A stretch of 64,000 nucleotides of DNA from Octopus vulgaris (taxonomy: Eukaryota), in NCBI GenBank assembly GCA_951406725.2, contig OX597814.1:182652001-182716000 (forward strand). The letters run 5' to 3'. The first letter of the stretch is position 1; each line of letters starts with the position of its first letter. The translations under genes were made by a program, and so were the position numbers. The notes beneath the pieces are model-generated. The model did not search any database, had not been told where the DNA came from, and saw only the letters and a list, made by a program, of their open reading frames with translations. Shown here in pieces: positions 50,284 through 62,432 of the stretch.

Positions 50284-50660
50284 AGTAGCTTGCTAACCAA
50301 CCACATGGTTCCAGGTTCAGTCCCACTACGTGGCATCTTGGGCAAGTGTCTTCTGCTATAGCCCCAGGCCGACCAATGCCTTGTGAGTGGATTTGGTAGA
50401 CGGAAACTGAAAGAAGCCTGTCGTATATATGTATATATTTATATGTATGTGTGTGTTTGTGTGTCTGTGTTTGTTCCCCTAGCATTGCTTGACAACCGAT
50501 GCTGGTGTGTTTATGTCCCCGTCACTTAGCGGTTCGGCAAAAAGAGACCGATAGAATAAGTACTGGGCTTACAAAGAATAAGTCCCGGGGTCGAGTTGCT
50601 CGATTAAAGGCGGTGCTCCAGCATGGCCGCAGTCAAATGACTGAAACAAGTAAAAGAGTA
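50284..50660 (+). mobile_element. SINE family C, slightly 5' truncated
   Basis: Matches the other family C copies. Confidence 0.88.
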
Positions 50661-50836
50661 AATCTATTTTGGTGTATATAACTTGGTAAGATTTGTAGTA
50701 ACATTACATAAAACATGGTTCTTTGCTTATGGATGTTATAAAATCAATTAATTTAACATGTTTCAACTTTAAACATGGAAAGTGAATTTATGATAGAAAT
50801 TTTTTTTTTTTTTAAATATTTTATTGATACCTGTAG

Positions 50837-50966
50837 GAAACGATGAATTCCAACTTCTACCACCAACTGCTTTCGAGACATTTTCTGTGGTTGGTGATGC
50901 AAACAAACAACTCTTTGAAGTGAAGTCTGAAATTGAAATGTTGAAAAAGGAAAACAAGAAATTGCG
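50837..50966 (+). CDS. CCHCR1: CCHCR1-like coiled-coil alpha-helical rod protein, exon a
   Basis: ctgtAG / GTatgt; NDEFQLLPPTAFETF resembles human GLIPPSHF; upstream start exon unresolved. Confidence 0.75.
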
Positions 50967-51793
50967 GTATGTTAATACCAGCCTTGCTGTGGCCTTTATT
51001 ATTATTATTATTATCGATTCATCCCCTCCCCAAAATTGCTGCCCTCATGGCAAAATTTATATTATTATTATTATTATTATTTTCTTCTTCTTCTTCTTCT
51101 TCTTCTTCTCCTCTCCTCCTCCCACCTCCGCTGCCATTGCCACTGCTGCCACAAAGGTGGAGGGAGTGTCTATGACATTTGGAGGTCATCCACTACTGAT
51201 GAAATCAATGTTGTTGATGTCATCATCATCATCATCGTTTAATGTCCGTTTTCGATGCTAGCATGGGTTGGACGGTTTGACCGGGGTCTGGGAAGGCAGG
51301 AGGCTGCACCAGGCTCCAGTCTGATCTGGCAGTGTTTCTACAGCTGGATGCCCTTCCTAACGCCAACCTAATGCCCAGTTTGAAAATCTGTAAACCAAAA
51401 TCTGCAGGAAAACAGTGCCAGGGAGTTGTAGTTCTGAGAGAAAAATATTAATATAAAAGCGTTTACTACATGATCTGGGAAGTGAAATACAGTAGAATGA
51501 TGAGAGGAAGAGAGACAATTGTGTTAGGTGGAACTTGTTGATTGAGAGGAGGCAGAAAGAATAAACATTACATCTTTGAGGCAAGAGACTTTTGTGTGTC
51601 AGGGAATTGAAGAGTCTTCTTTTAGATGTTAAACGTTCTTAGATGCTTGTGTGTTTTAGTAGCAACACTGTCGTAGATATGTGAGCAGTGTTCTAATGTG
51701 GGATCTAGTTTGAGAGCTAGTGACTGAAGAATTCATATAGTCAGTCTATACAAAGGATCAGCTACATGAAGGAAAGCACCAATTTTCTGTAAA

Positions 51794-52176
51794 TCTCTCT
51801 ATATATAAAGCTGAAGTTGTCTGTGTGTGGCAGGTTTGGTAGCCTTCAACTAACACTATCTACTCCAAGACCCTGCGGCGCAAGTTGACCGAAATTGAGA
51901 GTATGATAGAAGAAGGCTTGCTCTTCGTTCCGTAGAAGATAAAATTCAAATTGGACCATGTTAAGACCAAAAATTATTTACATCAAAAAGGTGCTTTTTT
52001 TCTATGAAAATCCCTATTTTTTACGATTTTTTGACTGCTGTGTCGCCATTTTTCGGTGTATTTCAACCAGAAAAATGTTCACTTTAAGACTTACATAATG
52101 CAAAATTTTTAATTTTCAAAAATTCCAGTTCTAAAGGGTTGAAACAAACCCAAGCAATGCTGGGCGATACTGCTAG
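51794..52176 (+). mobile_element. Non-autonomous Helitron
   Basis: A|TC start (tctctctatatataaag), hairpin cccaagcaatgctggg, CTAG|T end. Confidence 0.8.
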
Positions 52177-52611
52177 TCTATGATAAACAGTAATGATAAA
52201 TGTATTAGTAAAATCAATCTAAAACTCAATCTCACACTCCAAGTAATATAAAATTTCAAGCTTACTTATACTTTGTATAGTTGTATTTTCTTACAGCCAT
52301 ATGTTAGATATCTCTCTCTATGCCCTCACATATCTACTTTAGCTTCCACTCCCAGCCACTCCAATTCCTCTCACCATCACTTGCTACATTCATGTCTTCC
52401 CCATCTCTAAGCATATCCCCTCACACTCTTATGGAACACATCTCTCTATCCCTTCTGTACTACTTAAACCCTGCGTTCTGTGTTCCCTGTTGGTAGGTCC
52501 CAATACATCTCTAAAGAAGCATTCTGTGAAAGAGTTTAAAAAAATACTGACAATGTTTAGATTTGATATTTTCAGATTAGTAACGTTCATTCTCTTTATT
52601 GTCTCTTGTAG

Positions 52612-52645
52612 GCAGCAACAAAAAGCACAAATAAATGATTCTAAG
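52612..52645 (+). CDS. CCHCR1: CCHCR1-like exon b (RQQQKAQINDSK)
   Basis: ctcttgtAG / AAG|GTAAGT; phase 2 in, phase 0 out, bridging exons a and c. Confidence 0.8.
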
Positions 52646-52708
52646 GTAAGTCAGTGACTAATTTAAATTCATTTTCTTCATTTTTGAAACTGATATTTGT
52701 ATGCTTAT

Positions 52709-52890
52709 CGGCGAGCTGGCAGACGCGTTAGCGCGCCGGGCGAAATGCTTAGCGGTATTTCGTCTGGCATTACGTTCTGAGTTCAAATTCTGCTGAGGTC
52801 GACTTTGCCTTTCATCCTTTCGGGGTCGATAAATAAAGTAGCAGTTACGCACTGGGGTCGATATTATCGACTTAATCCCTTTGTCTGTCC
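52709..52890 (+). mobile_element. SINE family B
   Basis: Family B head and core, truncated by the CR1 fragment that follows. Confidence 0.8.
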
Positions 52891-52899
52891 TATCTTGCC

Positions 52900-53453
52900 C
52901 AGGATATTAATCATCTGGAAGCCGTTCAGTGACGTGCAACCAAGAGAATACCCTCCATCAGGCATTAGCCATATTCTGAATGCCTTACTTCCCTGAGCAT
53001 GGACACATTGAAACTCTGACGTCTGGCAGCTGACTTGGCGGACACCCATAAAATTATTAACCATCTTACAAACAATAACTCTGAGCACCTTTTCAAACTC
53101 CATCTGTCTAACACCCGTGGACATGTTTACAAAATCAGAATACAGCACAGCTCCCATGACTTTCAGTAACATTTCTTCACACTAAGAGTTGCTGAAGCAT
53201 GGAACAAACTGCCGACATCAGTTGTTAGTTGTCGGAGCACTGCATCCTTCAAAACTTCCATGCTTCCTGAGATTCGCCAACACTACACCTGATTTTCTCC
53301 CCTCCATACACACACAAGCATGTATCTGACTCATACACTGTTCACTTCCCAGACATTTGTACATTACTGCCTATGCTTTATACGCACTTTTGACAAGTTG
53401 TGGTGCACCTGAGCACTGTATACAATAATTTCATTATTATTATTATTATTATT
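52900..53453 (+). mobile_element. CR1-clade LINE 3' end with (ATT)n tail
   Basis: Near identical to 26838-27305. Confidence 0.85.
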
Positions 53454-53607
53454 AGGAAGTGATGAGAAAGATTAGGTGAAAGAGAAAGTAGAGAGAATAG
53501 AAGTATTGAAGAACATTCACAGCTTTTGATTTCTATAATTTCACAAAATTGAATGTGCTGTAAACGGTGTTTTATAGTAATATGTATTCTAACTTCTCTA
53601 TTTACAG

Positions 53608-53973
53608 TTTGTTTCTCCAACCAGTGGTGTGTCTACCATGATCACTTCTGACAACACCAATTTCTTTCAACAATCATATTTAGAAAACCTTCTTACACGT
53701 CAAGCGAGTGAGGTTTTTGACCTTAAACAGCAGATGTGTCAGCTTACTACAGATCACAGATTGGCAATGAAGTTGGCTGAGGAACAAAAGCATTCAGAAA
53801 TTAAGGAAGTGATGCAACAGCAGCATATAATGATGGAAGCATTTAAACATAAGCATTATATTCAAATTAAAGAAATGAAAAATGAATATGAACAGAATGA
53901 TCAAGAAAAAGATGCGTTAATTCTAAACTTAAAAACAGAACTTAAGGAGAAAAAGAATCTTTTTGAAAACCAG
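53608..53973 (+). CDS. CCHCR1: CCHCR1-like exon c (coiled coil)
   Basis: tttacAG / CAG|GTgga; 366 bp, phase 0-0; heptad-rich E/K/Q sequence. Confidence 0.85.
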
Positions 53974-54177
53974 GTGGAATATTTTTTTTAGATATTGTTT
54001 TCTTAACATTTCTCTCTACTTTCCCTTTCACCTAATCTTTCAAATTTTAAAATTCTCAAAAAAAATATTCAGTCAATCTTAGAATGTATAATGTATTCTT
54101 AATTTAATATCCTAGAATGATAAGTTTAAAGATTTTGATATTGCAATATGTTTCTGTTGAGGGGAAACTGTTTCTGC

Positions 54178-54406
54178 AGCAAGCTGGCAGAAACGTTAGC
54201 ACGCCGGGTGAAATGCTTAGCAGTATTTCATCTGCTGTTATGTTCTGAGTTCAAATTCCACCGAGGTCGACTTTGCTTTTCATCCTTTCTGGGGTGATAA
54301 ATTAAGTACTAGTTACGCACTGGGGTTGATGCCATCGACTTAATCCCTTTGTCTGTCCTTGTTTGTCCTCTCTATGTTTAGCCCCTTGTGGGCAATAAAG
54401 AAATAA
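54178..54406 (+). mobile_element. SINE family B
   Basis: Family B match. Confidence 0.85.
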
Positions 54407-54554
54407 GAAACTATTTTTAATGTACAAGAAAGAATTTAACATTTGGAAAGATATCTGGTAGTTATATCAGTTTGGATTAATTTACATTTTCTTTTTTTAA
54501 ATTTTGACTCAGAGGAATATCTTCTAAGTTCTGATTTGTTTATCACGTGATTGT

Positions 54555-54904
54555 TGCCAGAGCAGCCACAACTGGCTTCCGTGCCAGTGGCACGTAAAAG
54601 GGCACCATTCGAGCATGATCGTTACCAACGTCACCTTACTGGCACCTGTGCTGGTGGCATGTGTAAAAGGATTTGAACGAGGTTGTTGCTAGTACCGCCT
54701 GACTGGCCCCCGTGCTGGTGGCATGTAAAAAGCACCCACTACACTCTCGGAGTGGTTGGTGTTAGAAAGGGCATCCAGCTGTAGAAACTCTGCCAAATCA
54801 AGATTGGAGCTTGGTGCAGCCATTTGGTTCGCCAGCCCTCAGTCAAAATCGTCCAACCCATGCTAGCATGGAAAGCGGACGTTAAACGATGATGATGATG
54901 ATGA
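54555..54904 (+). mobile_element. SINE family A
   Basis: Modules and GAT tail. Confidence 0.85.
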
Positions 54905-55690
54905 GCCTTTCCAGGGTGCCAAAATGGTATCTCTAGTCATTGCTCTCCTGGTCTGTACATCATTTGGTCAGTTGCCTTCCACATATTGAGTGATCCCAGT
55001 TAGTAGCAAAATACTTGTTGCATTCTAAGTTTGGTGGTGTGTTACTTCTGAAATACTATATTTCAGTGGTCTGTCTTTAGTGGCTGATTGAATTCTAAGA
55101 TCTCATGTTTGCTTATCAATATTCTACAGGAGGCAGCGAACTGGCACAATTGTTAGCAAGCCTGAGAAAATGTCTAGCAGCATCTTGTCCATCTGTACAT
55201 CCAAAGTTCAGATACCACCAATGCTCTCTTTCTATTTTGATATTAGCTGGACTTTGTTGTTTCCATTGTTTTCTGTCTCTGGATTTCTTATTTATGTTGT
55301 CCTTGGAAACAGAACTTAAGAACATGTGTTTATAGAAGTTAAAATATTGGTTTCAAATTTTGGCACAAGGCCAATAATTTCAGGCAAGGGAGTAAGTCAA
55401 TTACATCAGCCTCAATGTTAACTGGTACTTATTTTTTTGACCCTGAAAAGATCGCAGGCAAAGTTGACCTTGGCAGATTTTGAACTCAGAACATAAATTT
55501 ACCCAGCATGCTGGTGATTCTGCCAGTTTGCCACCATTATAGAGGTTAAAATATTAAAGATTTATTTGAATAAAAAAAATGTACCAATTGGTTTTAGGGG
55601 TAACTTTCATGTTTGGTTTCATGAAGCCTTTCCAAACCTTTTATGAAGATCTTTTGTTTGAAATTCTCACCTGATAAACATATAGTAGAA

Positions 55691-56081
55691 CTAGCAGTAT
55701 CACCCGGCGTTGCTTGGGTTTGTTTCGACCTTTTAGAATTGGAATTTTTGAAAAGTAAAAATTGTGCATTATGTAGCTTGTTATTGTCTTTAAGTGAACA
55801 TTTTTCTCGTTGAAATACACCGAAAGATGGTGACACAGCAGTCAAAAAATCGTAAAAAAATAGGGATTTTCATAGAAAAAAAGCACCTTTTTGATGTAAA
55901 TAATTTTTGGCGTTAACATGGTCTGATTTGAATTTTTTTTTCTACAGAAGGAAGAGCAAGCCTTCTTCTATCATACTCTCAATTTTGGACAACTTGCGCC
56001 GCAGGGTGTCGGAGGAGATAGTGTTAGTTGAAGGCTACCAAACCTGCCATACACAGACAACTTCAGCTTTATATATATAGA
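55691..56081 (-). mobile_element. Non-autonomous Helitron, inverted copy of 51794-52176
   Basis: Reverse-complement match along the full length, with CTAG and TC ends. Confidence 0.85.
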
Positions 56082-56252
56082 TATACTGATTTGTAAATGG
56101 TCTACATAAATGACAGTATCTAATATTAAGCAGTTAAAAAAATGTCAGGGACTGGAGGCTAGCAGTTAGATGAATTAGCAGAAATGTTCCATTTTTATTA
56201 TTTTGCAGATTTATTTTTGTTTTCAACTTGAAGCTATAATTTGTCTTTTCAG

Positions 56253-56428
56253 ATAAGAGTTCTTAGTTGTGATACTGATGTACATATAAAAAGTCAAGGT
56301 GAAACTATTCACATTCTTCGACAACAATTAGAAACAGCTGAAATTGAAATTAAACAACTGAGTGAACAGTTAAAAAACGCAAAGGATTCTTTTAAAGTTG
56401 AGATTTTGCAGAAGGATGAAGATATTTG
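56253..56428 (+). CDS. CCHCR1: CCHCR1-like exon d
   Basis: cttttcAG / TG|GTgatt; phase 0 in, phase 2 out; ILRQQLETAEIEIKQLSEQL. Confidence 0.85.
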
Positions 56429-57666
56429 GTGATTAACTTTGCTTTATTTTCAGCTTCTTTCATAGCATGGGAGAAAAGGAAAGCAAAATTTTACATTTCA
56501 ATTTTATCATTAATTAGAAAAACTCCTGCTATCTACGATTTATTCTATGGTGCTCTATTGCCACTAATCCTGACTATCTAGCACATATAAAATTCTGTTT
56601 ATTTGTCAAAATGTTGGTGATCCCACTGCATCTTTTGTATATATATCTAATGTGCTTACTTAATATCCCATGTCAGTTTCCTGTATTCTCTCTTTACTAT
56701 GCATTGAACCAAGTCAATTTCCATATAGCACCTGGAATTACTATTTGCAGTTAATTATTAGCATTTTTTTGGCACTTTTCTCTTGTTAACTTTTATGCTT
56801 TTAGATCCTAGAAGAGGATCTTCCAATGTTGTTTAGCTCTAACTGCGACCATCCTGTCTTTATATATATCAGTTGTTATATTGACCAGTATCTCCATTTT
56901 TTAAGATGGTAAGCTGTAATTTGAAAGGGAGATTTGGCTCTTATTCTGTAATGAGAATTCAACCATTTTTTTAAATGTTATTTCTAATTTTAAAAAATTA
57001 TTTAGTTTTTTTGTTTAATTCCATACCAGGAATTGGTCCTGCAAACTTATGATCAAAGGCATTCCTGATATGACCATACCATTTTATATTTTTTTTATCA
57101 ATAACTACACTGTTTAGAAAATTTTAAATGGTAGAATCTGATTTAAGGGAGATTTGGCTGGTATTTGTAGAATGTCAAAGAACTATCTAGAGGCTTCCTT
57201 GTTGGTTTCTCACTGGTCAGTTCTGAGTGAGCAGATAATAATCCCAGGCCTTCCAGCCATTATCATCTGATATTTTTCTGGGTATTTTGTATCTACGAAT
57301 ATAATATCTATTGTGTCTCTCTGTTTGAGGGCAATTTAGTTGGCTGTTCCTCTCAAAATTCCAAGCAATCATTACCATATATGATCATGTGGGTATTAGG
57401 CTGGTGAATTAGCAGAACCAGTCAAATGACTGAAGATCTGCAATGTGATATTTATTTATGTCCCTTTGCATTCTGAGTTCAAATCTCATCAAAGTTGACT
57501 TTATCTTTTTTTAGTTTTTCTGTGGCCAATAAAATAGGTACCAGTCAAGTATTGAAGTAAATATAGACTATAATCTTCCCTTAAACTTTGTGGTCCATGT
57601 TTAACAGCTATAAGTTTGTACTTTGTTAATTTTTAAATATTTCATTTTCTTTATTTTTCTTTTCAG

Positions 57667-57802
57667 TTTTAAAAGCAGGGAAATCAAAAACTTAAACCAG
57701 CAGATACAACAGTTAAAGACGTATATTGGTGATACTGAGAATGTGCCAAAATCTATAGAAATATTGGAAACAGATAAAGAAGTGCTGCAAAGCAGAATAA
57801 AA
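57667..57802 (+). CDS. CCHCR1: CCHCR1-like exon e
   Basis: ttttcAG / GTatgt; IQQLKTYIGD...LETDKEVL aligns with human VENLRKYVGE...WELERQKL. Confidence 0.88.
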
Positions 57803-57900
57803 GTATGTCTATTAATTGAATGTTTTTCATTTATTCATATATTATTTGTTTAAACAAAAGTATGCATGTAGTGTTTAAAAAAATGTGCATATTTTTGTTA

Positions 57901-58290
57901 TTCTTTTACTCTTTTACTTGTTTCAGTCATGTGACTGTGGCCATGCTGGAGCACCGCCTTTAGTCGAGCAAATCGACCCCAGGACTTATTCTTTGTAAGC
58001 CTAGCACTTATTCTATCGGTCTCTTTTGCTGAACTGCTAGGTTATGGGAACGTAAACACACCAGCATCAGTTGTCAAGTGATGTTGTGGGGACAAACACA
58101 GACACACATACATGTATATATACATATATTCAATGGGCTTCTTTCAGTTTCCTTCTACCAAATCCACTCACAAGGCTTTGGTCGGCCCAAAGCTATGGTA
58201 GAAGACACTTGCCAAAAGTGCCACACAGTGGGACTGAATCTGGAACCATGTGGTTGGTAAGCAAGCTACTTACTACACAGCCACTCCTAT
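57901..58290 (-). mobile_element. SINE family C
   Basis: Full-length reverse-complement copy. Confidence 0.88.
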
Positions 58291-58399
58291 ACCTATTCAT
58301 ATATGTATATTCAAGGTGCACATATACCGATTATGATGATGATAATACCCTGCTTCTAACCAATTTCTTTACTTACTAACATAGTATATTGTTATATAA

Positions 58400-58925
58400 C
58401 ATCCATCTATCTGTCCATTCATCCATCCATCTTCTCAGCCCACTGTTCTTGGCAAGGTCATTGGATAGAATCCTCAGGCATCTCCTTCATAGAGTTCTAT
58501 CAGATGTAACTGTCATTAAATTTTCTGGCAGGATTCCCCAGTGTGACCAACTGACATTATGGATATAATCCAATCATCCTGTTCTTGATTTACTCCTAGG
58601 TCTCCTGCCAGTTGGCTCTGCTTAAAGAATCTATCTTGTGATTCTTTCCTGCAACATTCTAATCACATGTCTGTAGTGTTGGAACAATGACCATTCAGTG
58701 TGGAGAGGTAACAGCTTTACCTGGAGTGACTCCCTGATCTCTGAGTTATACATCCTGTTGAGTAACATTACACTAGAAATCCTTCAAATGAGCTCCATTT
58801 TGGATGCTTGTGTTCACAGTCGTACTCTTTCAGTCAGTACCCAAATTTATGACCCTAGGTGAGGATCGGCATGAAAACTGAATTGATAATAGCAAGTTTG
58901 GCATTTTTTTATCAACCGCTCCTCT
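58400..58925 (-). mobile_element. RTE-clade LINE 3' end
   Basis: Minus-strand FWVLTERVR and EPTGRRPR..RT..LDYI remnants with a (GATG)n tail. Confidence 0.65.
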
Positions 58926-59090
58926 AAATAGATATTCAAGTTTATTCTTTTATAATATTCAGCAAGCATTCTGTTCCAGTTCATGAAATGTGCCACTGCA
59001 TTCATTAATTGAAATATAGCAATTTGTTTGTTGGTTTGTTTTTCTCACAGGTAAATATTTGGAAAAGTAGACTAAAACTAAAATATTTTA

Positions 59091-59540
59091 GAAATATTAA
59101 ATTTCTAAATATCTCAGAGAGATATAAGCAGTGGTGGAACGATAGAGCAGTTGTATACTGTCAACTTAACGTGACAGTCCCATAAAGATAATCACACCAC
59201 CGCTATTTAACCCTAAGAAGCATCAACGCTTCCTGTCGGCCTTGACACATTTCCTGTGTCTTTATGTTTACAAAGGGGAGACAAGCACCCCCATCCAGCT
59301 AAGCCTGCATCCAGAGACATGTTTCTGAGTTTTTGCTTGTCATCAGTCTGGAGTAGCATGGCTTGCTAGCTGCAGATGCCTGTCTAGACCTTGTAAACAT
59401 ATATAATTCTAGTGAAATAAATCCACTGATCACAAAAAATAGAAATATTAAATTTCTAACTATCTCAGAGAGATATAAGCAGTGGTGGAACGACAGAGCA
59501 GTTGTATACTGTCAACTTAACGTGACAGTATACAACTGCT
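59091..59540 (-). mobile_element. Retrozyme or Penelope-pLTR-like non-autonomous retroelement
   Basis: 351-bp monomer plus an 88-bp terminal direct repeat, short terminal inversion, 13-bp TSD ctaaaatatttta, internal hammerhead core. Confidence 0.75.
59310..59352 (-). ncRNA. Minimal type I hammerhead ribozyme motif (stem II degenerate)
   Basis: Minus strand reads UCCAGA-CUGAUGA-caagcaaaaacuca-GAAAC-AU-GUC-UCUGGA: perfect 6-bp stem I, intact core, palindromic ACAUGU stem III. Confidence 0.7.
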
Positions 59541-60019
59541 CTAAAATATTTTACTTATACATCTAATATTAAACATCCACTTTTATCAATACATCTTGTT
59601 TAATATGAAGAACAGATTGAGTGCAAAATTAGTAAACATGTGTAAGTAATTAAGTTAGCTGCTTGCCAAGTGCACTGGGTACTTTTTTTATGACACTGGC
59701 ATGAGTTAAGGTTGTTAAGTAACTTGCAAGACAAGGGAAAAGAAGGCTCTGAGCAGGAGGTGATTTTATACCTGATGTTGAGAGGCTAAAATATGGGAGA
59801 GGTGACAAGCACAAGTGTCTTGCTATAGAAGATATATATAGCTACCTTGTATTAAATAGGAGTGGGTGTGAGTAGCTGGAAAGAAGATACAGATGTTGAT
59901 GAAGAGGTGAAAAGGAAATCAGTGAGGATTGTGACTTCAGACAGTATTGAGCTGGGAAGGATGTTCTCATCCCTGGTTAATGATCATTCAACAACTGATG
60001 CTGGAATCAGAAGGAGTTA

Positions 60020-60403
60020 GACACCATAAAATTATTAACCATCTTACAAACAATAACTCCACCTGTCTAACACCCGTGGATATGTTTACAAGTCAGAATA
60101 CAGCACAGCTCCCATGACTTTTGGAAACATTTCTTCACGCTAAGAGTTGCTGAAGCATGAAACAGACTGCCGGTATCAGTTGTTAGTTGTCGGAGCACTG
60201 TATCCTTCAAAACTTCCAATCTTCCTGAGATTCGCCAACACTACACCTGATTTTCTCCCCTCCATACACATGCAAGCATGTATCTGAATCATACACTGTT
60301 CACTTTCCAGGCATTTGTACATTACTGCATATGCTTTATATGCACTTTTGACAAGTTGTGGTGCACCTGAGCACTGTATACAATAATTTCATTATTATTA
60401 TTA
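60020..60403 (+). mobile_element. CR1-clade LINE 3' end
   Basis: Third copy of the same family. Confidence 0.85.
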
Positions 60404-60690
60404 TATATGATGCACATGAAATTCTATTAATCCTTTAGCATTAAAACCAGCTGTATCTGGCCTAAATATTCTACCTGTTTTATGATCACACTGGCCAGAT
60501 CTGGCCTCTCACATCTATCCTACCATGTCATTTTAAAAATAAGCAATCACATCATCAACATCTTGATGCTATGAGATAATCATGATTATGTTAAAAGCAT
60601 TTGAATAAGCATGCATTACATTTGACAGAGTAATCTGAATGCTAAATATTATACCAAGTCAGTGACTCAAACAGAAATTTGTCTTGTTTT

Positions 60691-61117
60691 AAGGCGGTGA
60701 GCTGGCAGAATTGTTAGCACGCTGGGCGAAATGCTTAGCGGTATTTCGTCTGCTGCTACGTTCTGAGTTCAAATGCCGCTGAGGTTGACTTTGCCTTTCA
60801 TCCTTTCGGGGTCGATTAAATAAGTACCAGTTACGCACTGGGGTCGATATAATCGACTTAATCCGTCTGTCTGTCCTTGTTTGTCTCCTCTGTGTTTAGC
60901 CCCTTGTGGGTAGTAAAGAAATAAGTATTTCGTCTGCCGCTACGTTCTGAGTTGAAATTCCGCCGAGGTTGACTTTGCCTTTCATCCTTTCAGGGTCAAT
61001 AAATTAAGTACCAGTTACGCACTGGGGTCGATGTAATCGACTTAATCCCTTTGTCTGTCCTTGTCTGTCCTTGTTTGTTCCCTCTATGTTTAGCCCCTTG
61101 TGGGCAATAAATAAATA
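60691..61117 (+). mobile_element. SINE family B head-to-tail dimer
   Basis: Full monomer, then a second monomer from 60925 lacking the head; one TSD pair agaaatttgtctt flanks both. Confidence 0.88.
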
Positions 61118-61199
61118 AGAAATTTGTCTTATTTAAAATGCTACATAAATACAGTTCTTAAGCATTTAATATTGTTTTTTTGCCTGTTTTATTCCATAG

Positions 61200-61307
61200 A
61201 TCCTTACAAAAGAGAAAGAGCATTTACAATCAAGCAATGATCTTTTGAAGATTCAGTTAACATCTATTAATGAAATCTTAACTTTACAAGAAGCAGAACT
61301 ATCACAG
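61200..61307 (+). CDS. CCHCR1: CCHCR1-like exon f (gene continues beyond the window)
   Basis: ccatAG / CAG|GTtagt; LTKEKEHLQSSNDLLKIQLTSINEILTLQEAELSQ aligns with human [35 protein letters not shown]. Not in the ORF track. Confidence 0.9.
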
Positions 61308-61382
61308 GTTAGTTATTGTAATTCATCGTTGTTACAAGATAGACTTTTGTTTATCTCTAATTTTTAATGTGTTTATTAAAAA

Positions 61383-61728
61383 CTAGCACTATGACCCGGC
61401 GTTGCATGCATATACAGCTGCGTGCATGCACACATACATGCGAGTTCTGTCCAAATCTCCGACCAATCACATATAGCTAGCTGGCATTCAATTGGCGTAT
61501 GAAGTTTCGGGCATTTTGATTAGGTTTTGGATAGAAAATTCACAAAAAGTCACTTCTATTGATTTTTAAATGGCTTTGCGGGGTGACTGGCGAAATGTAA
61601 AGATGTGCATGACCACCCTTGGACGGTTTTGAATGACCTTAGAAAGTGCTAGCCCTCTAACTGAAAAATTGTGGATTTGTATAAAGGACACACACACAGA
61701 CACATTTTGCCGTTTATATATATACAGA
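61383..61728 (-). mobile_element. Non-autonomous Helitron
   Basis: Minus strand begins tctgtatatatataaa and ends caacgccggg...ctag. Confidence 0.7.
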
Positions 61729-62028
61729 TATATAAATGTTCCATCTAATTCATCATAGATATTTTTTGCTACATTTTTGTTAGTATACACCTATTTATGT
61801 GCTTGTGTGTGTTGAATATCTATCTTGTGGCAGAATATAGATTGTCAATTGACTGGAGGAAGGGGCACTATAATACTGTTCTGTTACCTTCTTCCAGTAG
61901 GTATTTAGTCTATGATGTCCAAAGGAGGGAAAATGGCAGCTGTCATGCTTTTGTCTTATTCAGTTTAACAGAAAATTGACACCTAATTTGATTTTAATTA
62001 TCAAGGTGATCACTTTTAAATTATAAAT

Positions 62029-62432
62029 ACTCTTTTACTTGTTTCAGTCATTTGATTGTGGCCATGCTGGAGCACCATCTTTAGTTGAGCAAATTGACCC
62101 CAGGATTTATTCTTTGTAGGCCTAGTACTTATTCTATTGGTTTCTTTTGCTGAACCGCAAAGTTACGGGGATGTAAACACACCAGCATCGGTTGTCAAGC
62201 AATGTTGGTGGGGACAAACACAGACACACAAACATATACACACATACATATATTTATGTACATATATATGACTGGTTTCTTTCAGTTTCCGTCTACCAAA
62301 TCCACTAACAAGGCTTTGGTTGACTCGAGGCTATAGTAGAAGACACTTGCCCAAGGTGCCATGCAGTGGGACTGAACCCGGAACCCTGTAGTTGGTAAAC
62401 AAGCTACTTTCCACATAGCCATTCCTGCACCT
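62029..62432 (-). mobile_element. SINE family C
   Basis: Full-length reverse-complement copy. Confidence 0.88.

Noticed and set aside
50824-51261. 145-aa ORF with poly-Ile/poly-Phe, resembling a membrane protein
   Set aside because: Only 50837-50966 is exonic; the rest is intronic (ATT)n and (TTC)n microsatellite.
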